Program-made: the position numbers and the translations under genes | Source: Candidatus Bathyarchaeota archaeon | Lineage (GTDB): Archaea > Thermoproteota > Bathyarchaeia > Bathyarchaeales > Bathycorpusculaceae | Assembly: GCA_963767735.1 (NCBI GenBank) | Contig: CAVYES010000002.1 | Location: 32,001-96,000 of the forward strand | Direction of reading: 5' to 3' | DNA: 64,000 nucleotides | Notes under the pieces: model-generated | Database searches by the model: none | Seen by the model: only the letters and a program-made list of their open reading frames with translations | What the model was told of the DNA's origin: nothing | Shown: one piece after another, positions 1-8,853 of the stretch | Numbering within the stretch: position 1 is the first letter of the stretch | Layout of the letters: every line of letters begins with the position of its first letter

Positions 1-301
1 CTCCTGCGTTATCTTCGGCGAATCTGATGTCGTTTCGCTTATTCACCGCCAAGAATCTAAACCTGAAATTGCCCGCGCAGTTTTTGACGCGATGGCTGAC
101 CGAATCTCATCCATGATTCACAGGCTGGGCGTAAATCCCGATGTGGTTTTGATTGGTGGTGTAGCTAAGGATGTGGGTTTTGTTGCCTCATTGAAAAGAA
201 AGCTGGGCGTTGATGTGCTGATTCCTGATTTTCCCGATTACGCTGGGGCTTTAGGCGCAGCCCTTATAGCGGCAACCCGTGCTAAGGAGGGTCAAAAATG
301 A
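1..301 (+). CDS. BadF/BadG/BcrA/BcrD ATPase-family subunit of benzoyl-CoA reductase (BzdP-like), 5'-partial
   Basis: Frame 2 is open from the window start: SCVIFGESDVVSLIH...DVVLIGGVAKD...GALGAALIA, the C-terminal motifs of ASKHA CoA-substrate activators. It overlaps the start of the next subunit gene. Confidence 0.8.
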   Translation, partial: SCVIFGESDVVSLIHRQESKPEIARAVFDAMADRISSMIHRLGVNPDVVLIGGVAKDVGFVASLKRKLGVDVLIPDFPDYAGALGAALIAATRAKEGQK

Positions 302-1209
302 AAGAGCCAAGCAGTGTTAAAGAGGAAATTGAGTTTTGGCGTTGGCGCGAGTACCATCGCGTGGTTCCAGGCAAGAAATGGACCAAAAAAGACATAGTCA
401 CTGCGGGCGTTGATGTGGGTTCAGTCGGTTCTAAAGCTGCCGTAATGGTTAACGGCGAAGCCTTTTCGTGGAGTGTAACGCGGACTGGCTCAAACAGTCC
501 TGAGAGCGCAGAGAAAGCTTTAGCTGGAGCGCTGGATGGAACGGGGCTTAAAGTCGGTGACCTCAAATTTATTGTTGGCACAGGTTACGGGCGAGTCAAT
601 GTTCCCATGGCAAACAAGGCAATTACGGAGATTGCTTGCCACGCTAAGGGCGCAAATTATGTTTGGGGACCAAGCGTGCGAACCGTGCTGGATGTAGGAG
701 GACAAGACATCAAAGCTATCCGCTGTGATGAAACTGGCAGAGTGGTTTCTTTTTTGATGAATGATAAGTGCGCGGCTGGAACTGGCAGAGGCATGGAAGT
801 TTTCGCTAATTTATTGCAAATTCCAATTGAAGAAATCGGTGCAATCTCACTAAAGGTAGATGAAGAGCCACCGCCGGTAAGCTGCACGTGTGTGGCTTTT
901 GCAAAAACCGAAGCAATGGGACTCTTGCGTAAGGGCTGGTCCAAGGAGAAGGTGTTGGCTGCTTACACGCGGGCTATGTCTGTACGCATGGCTAACTTGA
1001 TTAACAGGGTAGGTTTAGAAAAAGAGTTGGTCGTCACAGGTGGGCAGTCGAAGAACATTGGAATCGTGAGCAGAATAGAGGTTGGTCTGGGCGTAAAATG
1101 TTTGCCGATGCCTAATTGGCGCGAGAGCGGGTTGGACCCGATGGTTGCTGGCGCGTTTGGCGCAGCGCTTTTCGGTAAGGCGTTGTATGAGAAGGCGCAG
1201 AAATCTTAG
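298..1209 (+). CDS. bzdQ: benzoyl-CoA reductase, bzd-type, ATP-binding subunit Q
   Basis: GVDVGSVGSK, TGYGR, EIACHAKGA, LDVGGQD, MNDKCAAGTGR and CVAFA motifs, plus an N-terminal EFWRW extension typical of BzdQ. Confidence 0.8.
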   Translation: MKEPSSVKEEIEFWRWREYHRVVPGKKWTKKDIVTAGVDVGSVGSKAAVMVNGEAFSWSVTRTGSNSPESAEKALAGALDGTGLKVGDLKFIVGTGYGRVNVPMANKAITEIACHAKGANYVWGPSVRTVLDVGGQDIKAIRCDETGRVVSFLMNDKCAAGTGRGMEVFANLLQIPIEEIGAISLKVDEEPPPVSCTCVAFAKTEAMGLLRKGWSKEKVLAAYTRAMSVRMANLINRVGLEKELVVTGGQSKNIGIVSRIEVGLGVKCLPMPNWRESGLDPMVAGAFGAALFGKALYEKAQKS

Positions 1210-1226
1210 ACGGGAGAGCGAAGGTT

Positions 1227-1514
1227 ATTATCACGCATTATGGCTACAGCGACGGTTCAGGCGAGTACTACATAACTATCGACACCGACAAATGCACGGG
1301 ATGCGGCAAATGCGTTAAGAATTGTCCCCAATCTGCGCTTCAGCTTGAGGCATTGTTTATTGATCTTGAAGATAAAACTGTAGCTTGCGTTGTGGAAGAG
1401 CATCGGAAAAAAATAAAGTACACGTGCTCTTCCTGCAAACCCGAAATCAACAATTCCCCATGCGTGTTAGCCTGCGAGAGCAAAGCATTAAACTGCACAT
1501 GGAAGCCACAATAA
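1227..1514 (+). CDS. 4Fe-4S ferredoxin (BzdM-like), missing from the ORF track; apparent ATT start
   Basis: Manual translation: (I)ITHYGYSDGSGEYYITIDTDKCTGCGKCVKNCP...KYTCSSCKPE...PCVLACESKAL...WKPQ*. It has a CxxCxxCxxxCP motif, a GGAG RBS at 1213-1216, and no in-frame ATG/GTG/TTG at the start. Confidence 0.85.
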   Translation: MITHYGYSDGSGEYYITIDTDKCTGCGKCVKNCPQSALQLEALFIDLEDKTVACVVEEHRKKIKYTCSSCKPEINNSPCVLACESKALNCTWKPQ

Positions 1515-1576
1515 CATTTAATCCAAACTTTTCGTTAGCGTTAAGAAGCAGCTAAATTGCCAAAGGAAGAGAGAAG

Positions 1577-1764
1577 ATTTTGTTCTGGTTGTTTTGGGTT
1601 GCTTTTTTGAAGCAAAGCTTGAATCGATTGCAGGTTGAATCTAGAATAATCGCAAATAATCGTGAATAATCGCGTTTAATCGCAAATAATCGTGTAGAGG
1701 AATGCATATGACGTTAACAGGAAAAATCAGTTTCAAATCGACTGCGGTTAACACAAAGAGTTGA
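1577..1764 (+). repeat. dispersed element copy 1: conserved leader (1577-1637), five 10-bp repeats AATAATCGYR (1645-1694) and truncated AbrB-like ORF (1708-1764)
   Basis: Leader TTTTGTTCTGGTTGTTTTGGGTTGCTTTTTTGAAGCAAAGCTTGAATCGATTGCAGGTTG matches copies at ~21530 and ~35640-35693(-). The ORF reads MTLTGKISFKS... Confidence 0.8.
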
Positions 1765-1934
1765 TCTTGAATCTAGATTGAAGAGTTTGAAGTGTTTGCG
1801 GGTTGAGTTAAAAAAAGTTAAAAAAAGTGCTTTGATGCATTAGCTGGAAAACAGTGATACGATAAAAACTTAAACCTCCCATTACTATATCGCTTTCAGG
1901 CGAACTGTAGAAAAAGTAAAATTGGGTTTTAATT

Positions 1935-2000
1935 TTATTTTCCCGTTTTTGCTTCATGCTTTGCTTTTTTCGCAGCATTCTTCTTTTTTAGAGATGGCAT
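1935..2000 (-). CDS. putative 21-aa lysine-rich micropeptide MPSLKKKNAAKKAKHEAKTGK
   Basis: Clean ATG-TAA ORF with strongly biased Lys/Ala composition, followed by a T-rich tract on the minus strand. Confidence 0.4.
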   Translation of the reverse strand: MPSLKKKNAAKKAKHEAKTGK

Positions 2001-2255
2001 GATGTTGAATAGACAGATGAAGCTAAAAAGACTTTTCACCAAAAGTATTGTTTGCCGTTAAATTGGCGCTAACCGATGTTATTTTTATCGGATTCTTAAT
2101 GATAGTTAGCGGTAACTATAATTTTAAATAGTTAACCCTTACTGTAAATTTGGATACAAAGCAAAAGATGCAGTTTTCGTCATGACTTGCAGCGGAGCCA
2201 AATAGGTAACGTCTTCCCGTAAAACCTTAATCAGTATAAGTACCTCATTTATTGG

Positions 2256-2582
2256 TTATTTTTCATTGTTTTTTATTTCAACGATTATTTTTCCGTTTTC
2301 GATTTTGCATCGGTAGCATTGCAGCTTTACTTGGGGAATTTCTTGGTATTGCCCGTTGCGCACATCAAATTTCCAGCCATGGCATGGACACATAACAAGG
2401 TAGCCTGTTAGAATTCCTCCTTCAAAAGAGCACCCGGCATGTGGACAAAAGTTTGATACTGCAAAAACTTCGCCCCCTACTCGTACGAGCAGAATAGGCT
2501 TACCCTTGACACGCACGGGTTTCATGTAGCCTTCTTTGAGTTCGCTCTCCTTTATGCAGGAAACAAAAACTGTTTTACTCAT
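2256..2582 (-). CDS. Rieske (2Fe-2S) ferredoxin
   Basis: CPHAGC and CPCHGWKF Rieske ligand motifs. Confidence 0.9.
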   Translation of the reverse strand: MSKTVFVSCIKESELKEGYMKPVRVKGKPILLVRVGGEVFAVSNFCPHAGCSFEGGILTGYLVMCPCHGWKFDVRNGQYQEIPQVKLQCYRCKIENGKIIVEIKNNEK

Positions 2583-2671
2583 GTGTTTTCCTTCAAGAAT
2601 ACTTGCTCAGGAAAGCTCTAAAACCTTGCCTACACCAACAAAAACTTAACTCTTTATACGCAGAAAAGTAC

Positions 2672-2764
2672 GTTTCATGTTGAAAGTGCAGGGTTTTCTT
2701 GGATGTTGAAGTATGTTGAATCATGTTTGGCGTCTATTAGGATCATCTAGTAGACCGGGGGTAG
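2672..2764 (+). repeat. ~95-bp dispersed repeat, copy A (ATGTTGAA repeats, palindrome 2732-2755, G-run)
   Basis: Highly similar to the reverse complement of 52553-52647. Confidence 0.85.
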
Positions 2765-2892
2765 GCTGTAGCGCACACACAAAGCTAAGCGGAAGAGAAA
2801 AGTGAACATATTGAAAGTATCAAGTTACAGCTAACCTCAGCGTTTAATGCATCAATTTATAAATTGAAAAATCAATTAAAGATAGATGCAAA

Positions 2893-4433
2893 ATGAAACT
2901 TCGAAGAAAGCAATCCAACGATTCTGAGAATCAAGAGGATCCACAGGGAAAAAAACAGAAGGGCATTGAGGTAGCTAAAGTTGAAGTTTTAGATAATGTG
3001 GCGAAGTTTTTTGTTGCTAAAGGTAGGGGTAAAAAACATTGGATTGTGGTTCGTGAAATTCCGGTTCTTGAGATTGAGCATATTGAAAAGTTTGGGAACG
3101 AGTTAAGTGTGACTTGGAAGGGCGCAACTGACTCGTTTTTTACTAAGGAAAAAATTGACTTATTTGTTGCATTGGTAGATCAAGTTAACATAATACTTGA
3201 GGATCAACGAAAATCCAAGGAGAACACCGAGAAAAAGGAGAAAGCGGCTCTAAGACAAAAGGAGCTGTCAGTGACAATTGATACGTCTGTAAGAAGCATT
3301 GACCAAGCGTTTAATGTCCTGATTGGCTTGCAGGAGAAACGGATAAACTGGGAGCGATTAGAAGGCTACTCCAACGATTTTGTGAAGAACGCCAGCTTCA
3401 CGACCCAAACGATGCCGTCTTTGAAAATGGACTTCTCAAAAATCGGCTCAGCAATAAAAACGCAGATTCCAAAAGAAGCGTCAAACGAAGCTTTCAGCAT
3501 TCTAAAGGCGGAGTACGAATACTTTAACGGCTTAAGCGTGGATGATGACTTTAAAGAGAATCACCCGAACTTTCAAGACGCGAAAGCAGTGATTTTAGCG
3601 TATTTCATATTAAACGACCTTTGGCTCGGCAAAGTTGTCGGGGACAAAGAAAACAGAGAAGAAATCGGCTCAGCTTGAAAGCGCCCTGCAGAATTTAGCT
3701 GCCGAAACAAACTTCGAAGTCAACATTGACGAGCTAAAGAGTACGATCGATAAAATCGATGTTGACAACAAACGAGAAAGCATTATTGAACGCAGCAGAG
3801 AAATTTTCAAACAACAACTAAAACAGCAATTAAAACCCAAAGAGAAGTCTTTAACCACAATCCAATACTCCCCTAAAATCGAGACCAGCATTGAACCTGT
3901 TGTGCTTTCAGAATCAGTTGTACCTCCAACCAGCACTGAACCAATTCCAGTCAGCGCTGAACCAACTGAATCTGTCCTGCCTCCAGCCAGCACTGAACCA
4001 CCTCCAATCAGCAATAAACCAACTGAACCCGTTGTGCCTCTAATCAGCACTACATCAACTGAAGACAGTCTCTAAAGTCGAAAAAAAGCAGAAGGATATT
4101 CAGGTATCGAAAGTTGAAGTTTCCGAAAATATAGTCAAGTTTTTTGTTGCCAAAGGTTTGCTTAAAAAACAGTGGATCGTCGTTAAGGAAATCCCTCTTC
4201 TTGAAATTGAGCACATTGAGAAGTTTGGAAATCAGTTAAGTATAACGTGGAAGGGTGTTACCTACACATTTTTCTCCAAGGAAACTGGCGTATTTAGTAA
4301 ATTGGTGGATCAAGTTAACGGAATACTTCAGGGGGCCAGCACTGAACCGCCAGTTTCGCCTACATCAGATGTTATTCAATCTGCGCCTGAAGCATCCACA
4401 CCTCAAGATTCCAGTCCTGACGTGCAAGCATGA
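2893..4433 (+). CDS. hypothetical protein with a duplicated ~70-aa beta-rich domain and Pro/Thr/Ser linker; split by frameshifts near 3670 and 4072
   Basis: KVEV..N..KFFVAKG..KK.WIVV.EIP.LEIEHIEKFGN.LS.TWKG occurs at both ends. Three ORF pieces (2893-3678, 3635-4075, ~4075-4433) join in shifted frames. Confidence 0.65.
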
Positions 4434-4682
4434 GGCTTTCCACACGCGTTTTGGCTGAGGAAGGCCGTTAAAAAAGCCATAGCGTGGCTGGGTAGCAGGC
4501 TGCTTTATTTGTGCCGGATGTCGAGGCAGAAAGCAAAACTCGGTATCGTAAACCGTCATATACTAGAACATATGATTCTTAATAATTATGCGTATGCCTT
4601 TACTGTGATATTACTTTGGGATTCGCTATCTTTATTTACAGTTTCCACATAATGAGTTGGCAGGTAATGGGGGATATATAGA

Positions 4683-5258
4683 TTGACGAAGAATCCACAG
4701 TCAAAGGATGATTCATTAGAGGCTTTAGACTTCATAGTGAACGTTCTCAAAGAACATGAAAGAGATCTGGACAAATTAATCAATGAGTTGGCAACAGTTA
4801 CCGAACAACTCGGAGACACAGGTGAAATAAGCGGCAAAGTAGAAAAAGTCGAAGAAAAAATCAACATTCTACAGAAGGAAGTAACAAACCTGATCACCTA
4901 CGTGTCAAACGGCATACCAAGCGCGCTCAAAGAAGCGCTTCCCATAGTAGTTAAAGAACAAACAAGTCAAGTCTCAAGTCAAACTTCATCTGCTCCGGTG
5001 GTTCAGGGTAAGCCTTCCGTGATTTTGCGTTGCAGGCAGTGGGAAGATTTTCAAACTTTGGCTTTTCACGCTCAAACGTTGTCTTTTTGTTATAAGGAAG
5101 ATGAGAAAGTGTTCCAGGCTGATGCGCTTAAGGGTAACCAGATTATCACTTATAGTGGTGCACTTCCAAAGTTCTCTTCAATTCTGAAGTCATCGTTGTC
5201 TAAGCAACTCGATGTTCCTGAAACGAATATTTTGGAAGGCGTTTTAGCGATAAGCTAA
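4683..5258 (+). CDS. conserved hypothetical protein with N-terminal coiled coil
   Basis: 191-aa ORF with heptad pattern in LDFIVNVLKEHERDLDKLINEL...; TTG start. Confidence 0.7.
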   Translation: MTKNPQSKDDSLEALDFIVNVLKEHERDLDKLINELATVTEQLGDTGEISGKVEKVEEKINILQKEVTNLITYVSNGIPSALKEALPIVVKEQTSQVSSQTSSAPVVQGKPSVILRCRQWEDFQTLAFHAQTLSFCYKEDEKVFQADALKGNQIITYSGALPKFSSILKSSLSKQLDVPETNILEGVLAIS

Positions 5259-5274
5259 GCCTATTTATAAAAAA

Positions 5275-5808
5275 CCTAGCAGAATACCTGCCGCGTTAGC
5301 GGCAGGATGAATGCGTCCAACCCGCAGTTCTATTAGTTCTACCAAACGATAGGTCTGTCACCATTGGATAAGGAGGTGATAGACCTGGAGAAAGCAAGAT
5401 CGTGTGCTTACCAAGCCAACTACCACCTTATCTGGGCCACCAAATACCGGCGCAAGGTACTTTTAGGCTCAGTTGAGGTTAGATTGGAGGAAGTACTTAA
5501 AACGATTGCTACTATACACGGCTTCCAACTGCTGGCTGCCAAAGTTCATCATGGCGACCATATTCACGTGTTTGTTTCAGCTCGGCCAAAGCTATGTATA
5601 CCTGAGATGGTGCGTGTCTTGAAGTGTAATTCTGCTAAACTGCTGTTTGAGGAGTTTCCTGAGATTAGGTTGCAGCTTTGGGGTGGGCATTTGTGGTCTG
5701 AGGGCTATGCTGTTAGAACTGCAGGCGTTGTGACTAGCACGAAAATCGAGGAATACATCAATAGGTCGTAATTAGGGATGCTCGCCCCGTAAGGGGCGAG
5801 TAGTTCAC
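5275..5808 (+). mobile_element. IS200/IS605-family insertion sequence, tnpA only (left boundary approximate)
   Basis: Subterminal hairpins CCTGCCGC-GTTA-GCGGCAGG (5287-5306) and CTCGCCCC-GTAA-GGGGCGAG (5781-5800), the latter followed by TAGTTCAC, flank a Y1 transposase. Confidence 0.85.
5364..5771 (+). CDS. tnpA: IS200/IS605 Y1 (HUH) transposase
   Basis: YHLIWATKYRR, the HUH motif DHIHVF, LWSEGY and the catalytic Tyr in IEEYI. Confidence 0.95.
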   Translation: MDKEVIDLEKARSCAYQANYHLIWATKYRRKVLLGSVEVRLEEVLKTIATIHGFQLLAAKVHHGDHIHVFVSARPKLCIPEMVRVLKCNSAKLLFEEFPEIRLQLWGGHLWSEGYAVRTAGVVTSTKIEEYINRS

Positions 5809-5872
5809 TTTTAATACTTATTTTTGATTCATAATTCTTTTAAGTATAATTGCAGTATTTTGATTCTTGTAA

Positions 5873-6009
5873 GTGATTGGAGGGTAAGTTAAGGTTGAAG
5901 GCTAAACCACTCAAGCCAAAAGAATTTTTCCGTTTTCGAAGCCTTCTCCTTTCTCCTCGATGACGGATGGCGATGGGTAGCCAACACACAAAACCTGCCC
6001 TCCAACCAC
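5873..6009 (-). ncRNA. candidate structured ncRNA (family copy C)
   Basis: An 18-bp terminal inverted repeat (5873-5890 / 5992-6009) pairs with two G-U and one mismatch on the minus strand. It encloses GAGGAGAAAGGAGAAGGC...GGAAAAATTC. Confidence 0.45.
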
Positions 6010-6126
6010 AAACCATTAACCTGACGCTAAGCAACAATCGGCTTAAATTTTGAAAATAAGAGAAGAGAAGATACAAAGAGATGTTAACGCCTTAAAGATT
6101 CAGAGTAAGGCAGTTTTATAGCTGGA

Positions 6127-6651
6127 TTATTTTGGTGTTATCAAATATTTAAGGTGCAATGGCTTGATTATTAATCCAGCTTTCAGGTCAGAGAGGAAAG
6201 CCTGGCTTTCAATCACCCACTCGGATAGTTCTGAATCATGCGTTCTTATAAATTCAGCGAAATTCGCAAAGTTTTCATGAAGCGAAACGCAGACAGCATC
6301 CCAACCCATTCCTCTGCCGTCCAAAACAAGAATCACATTGGGTTGCTTCATATACCATTCTCTCATTTTCTGTAAAGCTTGATTTTTTTCTTCGCCCGTT
6401 TTTAGTTTAAGGTTGCTTTTCAAAAAAGTTAAGGCGGCGATTTCAAACCCGATTTGACCGAACTTTGGTATAACAGTATATCCTTCTATGAAGTTTTCTT
6501 CGAGCATAGCTCTCCTTCGGGTCACCGTGGGTTGGGAAACACCTAAAGATTTTGCAAGTTGCCTATCGCTTCTGTGTGAATCCTTCATTAATTCGAACAA
6601 TATTTTGTAATCTATAGGTTTTAGTTCCTTCATTATAACCAACTTTATCAT
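6127..6651 (-). CDS. Lrp/AsnC family transcriptional regulator
   Basis: IDYKILFELMKDSHRSDRQLAKSLGVSQPTVTRRR HTH. The real start is probably the second Met (MKELKP). Confidence 0.9.
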   Translation of the reverse strand: MIKLVIMKELKPIDYKILFELMKDSHRSDRQLAKSLGVSQPTVTRRRAMLEENFIEGYTVIPKFGQIGFEIAALTFLKSNLKLKTGEEKNQALQKMREWYMKQPNVILVLDGRGMGWDAVCVSLHENFANFAEFIRTHDSELSEWVIESQAFLSDLKAGLIIKPLHLKYLITPK

Positions 6652-6797
6652 TCAATAGTTTTTTTGGCATCATATATAAACATCGTTGTTCAATAAACAA
6701 AAAATCGTTCGAGTCTAACAGGGCAACAGTTAACATGGCGATAGATACTCTTAAGAGAAAAAACGCCTAAACAACTTGCAGGAGCTTTGAAAAAATA

Positions 6798-8157
6798 ATG
6801 CCACCCCAAATTTTAAAAGATGTTGAGCAGGAAGTCACTCAACTGCTTTGTGATTTAATACGTATAAACACAACTAACCCCCCAGGAAACGAAATCCCTG
6901 CAGCAAATTACATAGCCCAATACTTAGGCCAAGGAAGGCTTTAAAACTGAAATTATCGAGTCAGCACCTGGCAGAGGAAGCATAATCACACGACTTAAGG
7001 GAACAGGTGAAAAGCCCAGTCTCCTTTTACTGTCACATCTGGACGTGGTTGCCGCTAACCCAAAGGAGTGGTCTGTTGACCCGTTTGCTGGAGTAGTCAA
7101 GGATGGTTATGTTTATGGTCGAGGAGCTTATGACATGAAATGCATGACTGCCATCGAAATAACTGTTATAAAACTTTTAAAGAAAAATAATGTTAAACTA
7201 AAAGGCGATGTGGTTTTGGCAGCCACCGCTGATGAGGAACAAGGCGGGGAAGCAGGTGCAGGATACCTTCTGAGTAAACACAAAGAAAAAGTTTGGTGTC
7301 CATACGTTATTAACGAAGGGGGAGGATTAGCTTTTTCGTCGAAAAATGGGTTTGTATTTCCGGTGCAGACGGCGGAAAAAGGGATTCTGTGGCTCAAAAT
7401 AAAAGCTAAAGGCACTCCTGGTCACGGTTCTACCCCTAACATGGCAGACAACGCTGTCATGCGAATGAACAAAGTAATCGACAAACTTGGAAACTACAAG
7501 CCGCCTACAATCTATGTGCCGACGCTTAAGGAGTTTCTTGCTGAAATGGGGAGGCAAAACCCTGAACTTCAACAGACCTTCTCGCGTTTGCTTGCCAACC
7601 CAGGGCAGAGCGAGCAGATACTCGATGAATTGGCAAAGAAGGACAAGGCTTTAGCTGAGGAGATAAGGCCGCGAACAAAAATGACTATCGCTCCAACCAT
7701 GATCCGCGGCGGGGTTAAAGAGAACATTATTCCGTCAGACTGCGAAGCGGTGTTTGACTGCAGAATTCTTCCAGGGCAAAGCGTTAATGAAACGGTTGAT
7801 TTAATCAAAGGTTTGCTTAAAGACGTGGGTTTGGATAAGTTGAGTTTTGAATTTATACAAGCGCACGGCGGTTCAGAATCAACAGCGCAGACCCCTCTCT
7901 ATGACATCATCACAAAGGTTCTCAGAGAATTTGAGCCAGGCTGCGGAGTAACCCCAACATTAACGACTGGGGGCACTGATTCGCGTTTCTTTAGGGAAAC
8001 TGGTAGTGTATGCTACGGCTTCCAACCGATGATTCCTGATGAACCCAATGATCAGTTAGAGAAGCGGATGCACGGTATTGACGAGCGGATAACCATAGGA
8101 AACCTCGTTTACGGAACAAGTATACTCTACGAAACCGTGAAGAGGTTTATGAGCTAA
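6798..8157 (+). CDS. M20/M25/M40 family metallo-hydrolase (ArgE/DapE-like); frameshift near 6928
   Basis: The N-terminus LIRINTTNPPGNE joins SHLDVV in a shifted frame. GRGAYDMK, DEEQGG, GGTDSRFF and HGIDER motifs. Confidence 0.9.
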
Positions 8158-8309
8158 CAGCGACCAATTTACTCTTTACCTCTTTTTTAATTATACCATA
8201 CTTGCTTTCTCAAACGTTAAACGCTCAAACCTCGCTGAATGCAAAATTTTTTTACTAACCTCCGCTATTCTAGCAAGTAAGAGAGTGCGACTTTGGTGTT
8301 AACTGCAAA

Positions 8310-8852
8310 ATGACTAGCATACAAACAATGACTAATCGAGAGACGGCGAATTTCGAAGCCGCTAAAATCGTCGGGTTAATCTCTGATACGCATGTCCCTA
8401 AAAAAGCCATGTGTGTTCCCCAAAAAGTGTTCGAGGTGTTAAAAGACGCAGATTTCATTATTCATGCCGGCGACTTGGTGGACTTATCGGTAATTGACGA
8501 ACTAGAGCAGATTGCACCAGTTTTGGCGGTTCATGGCAACATGGATGGGCAAGAAACCAGCGGCGCTTTACCTGAGCTTAATTCACTTAAAATTTTCGAT
8601 TGGAAAATAGGCGTAATGCATGATCCAAACGTTCTTCAAGGTTCAGGCATGATGGTAAAAATCGCTAGGGAGAATGGCTTCAACGTTTTTGTTTATGGGC
8701 ATACGCATAGTGCTAAAATAAAATGGGAGGAAAAAAACCTTTTTATTAACCCTGGAAGCCCTACTGATCCAGCATCTTTCATGAGTAAGCCATCTGTTGG
8801 TTTGCTAAAAATAACAAAACAATCCATAATGCCGCAAATAATTAACCTTTAA
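8310..8852 (+). CDS. YfcE/MJ0936 family metallophosphoesterase
   Basis: SDTH, HAGD, HGNMD, GHTH and NPGS motifs. Confidence 0.92.
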   Translation: MTSIQTMTNRETANFEAAKIVGLISDTHVPKKAMCVPQKVFEVLKDADFIIHAGDLVDLSVIDELEQIAPVLAVHGNMDGQETSGALPELNSLKIFDWKIGVMHDPNVLQGSGMMVKIARENGFNVFVYGHTHSAKIKWEEKNLFINPGSPTDPASFMSKPSVGLLKITKQSIMPQIINL

Positions 8853-8853
8853 C

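Noticed and set aside
1645-1694. 10-bp arrays as mini-CRISPR arrays
   Set aside because: The units are directly tandem with no unique spacers, far shorter than CRISPR repeats, and no cas genes are present.
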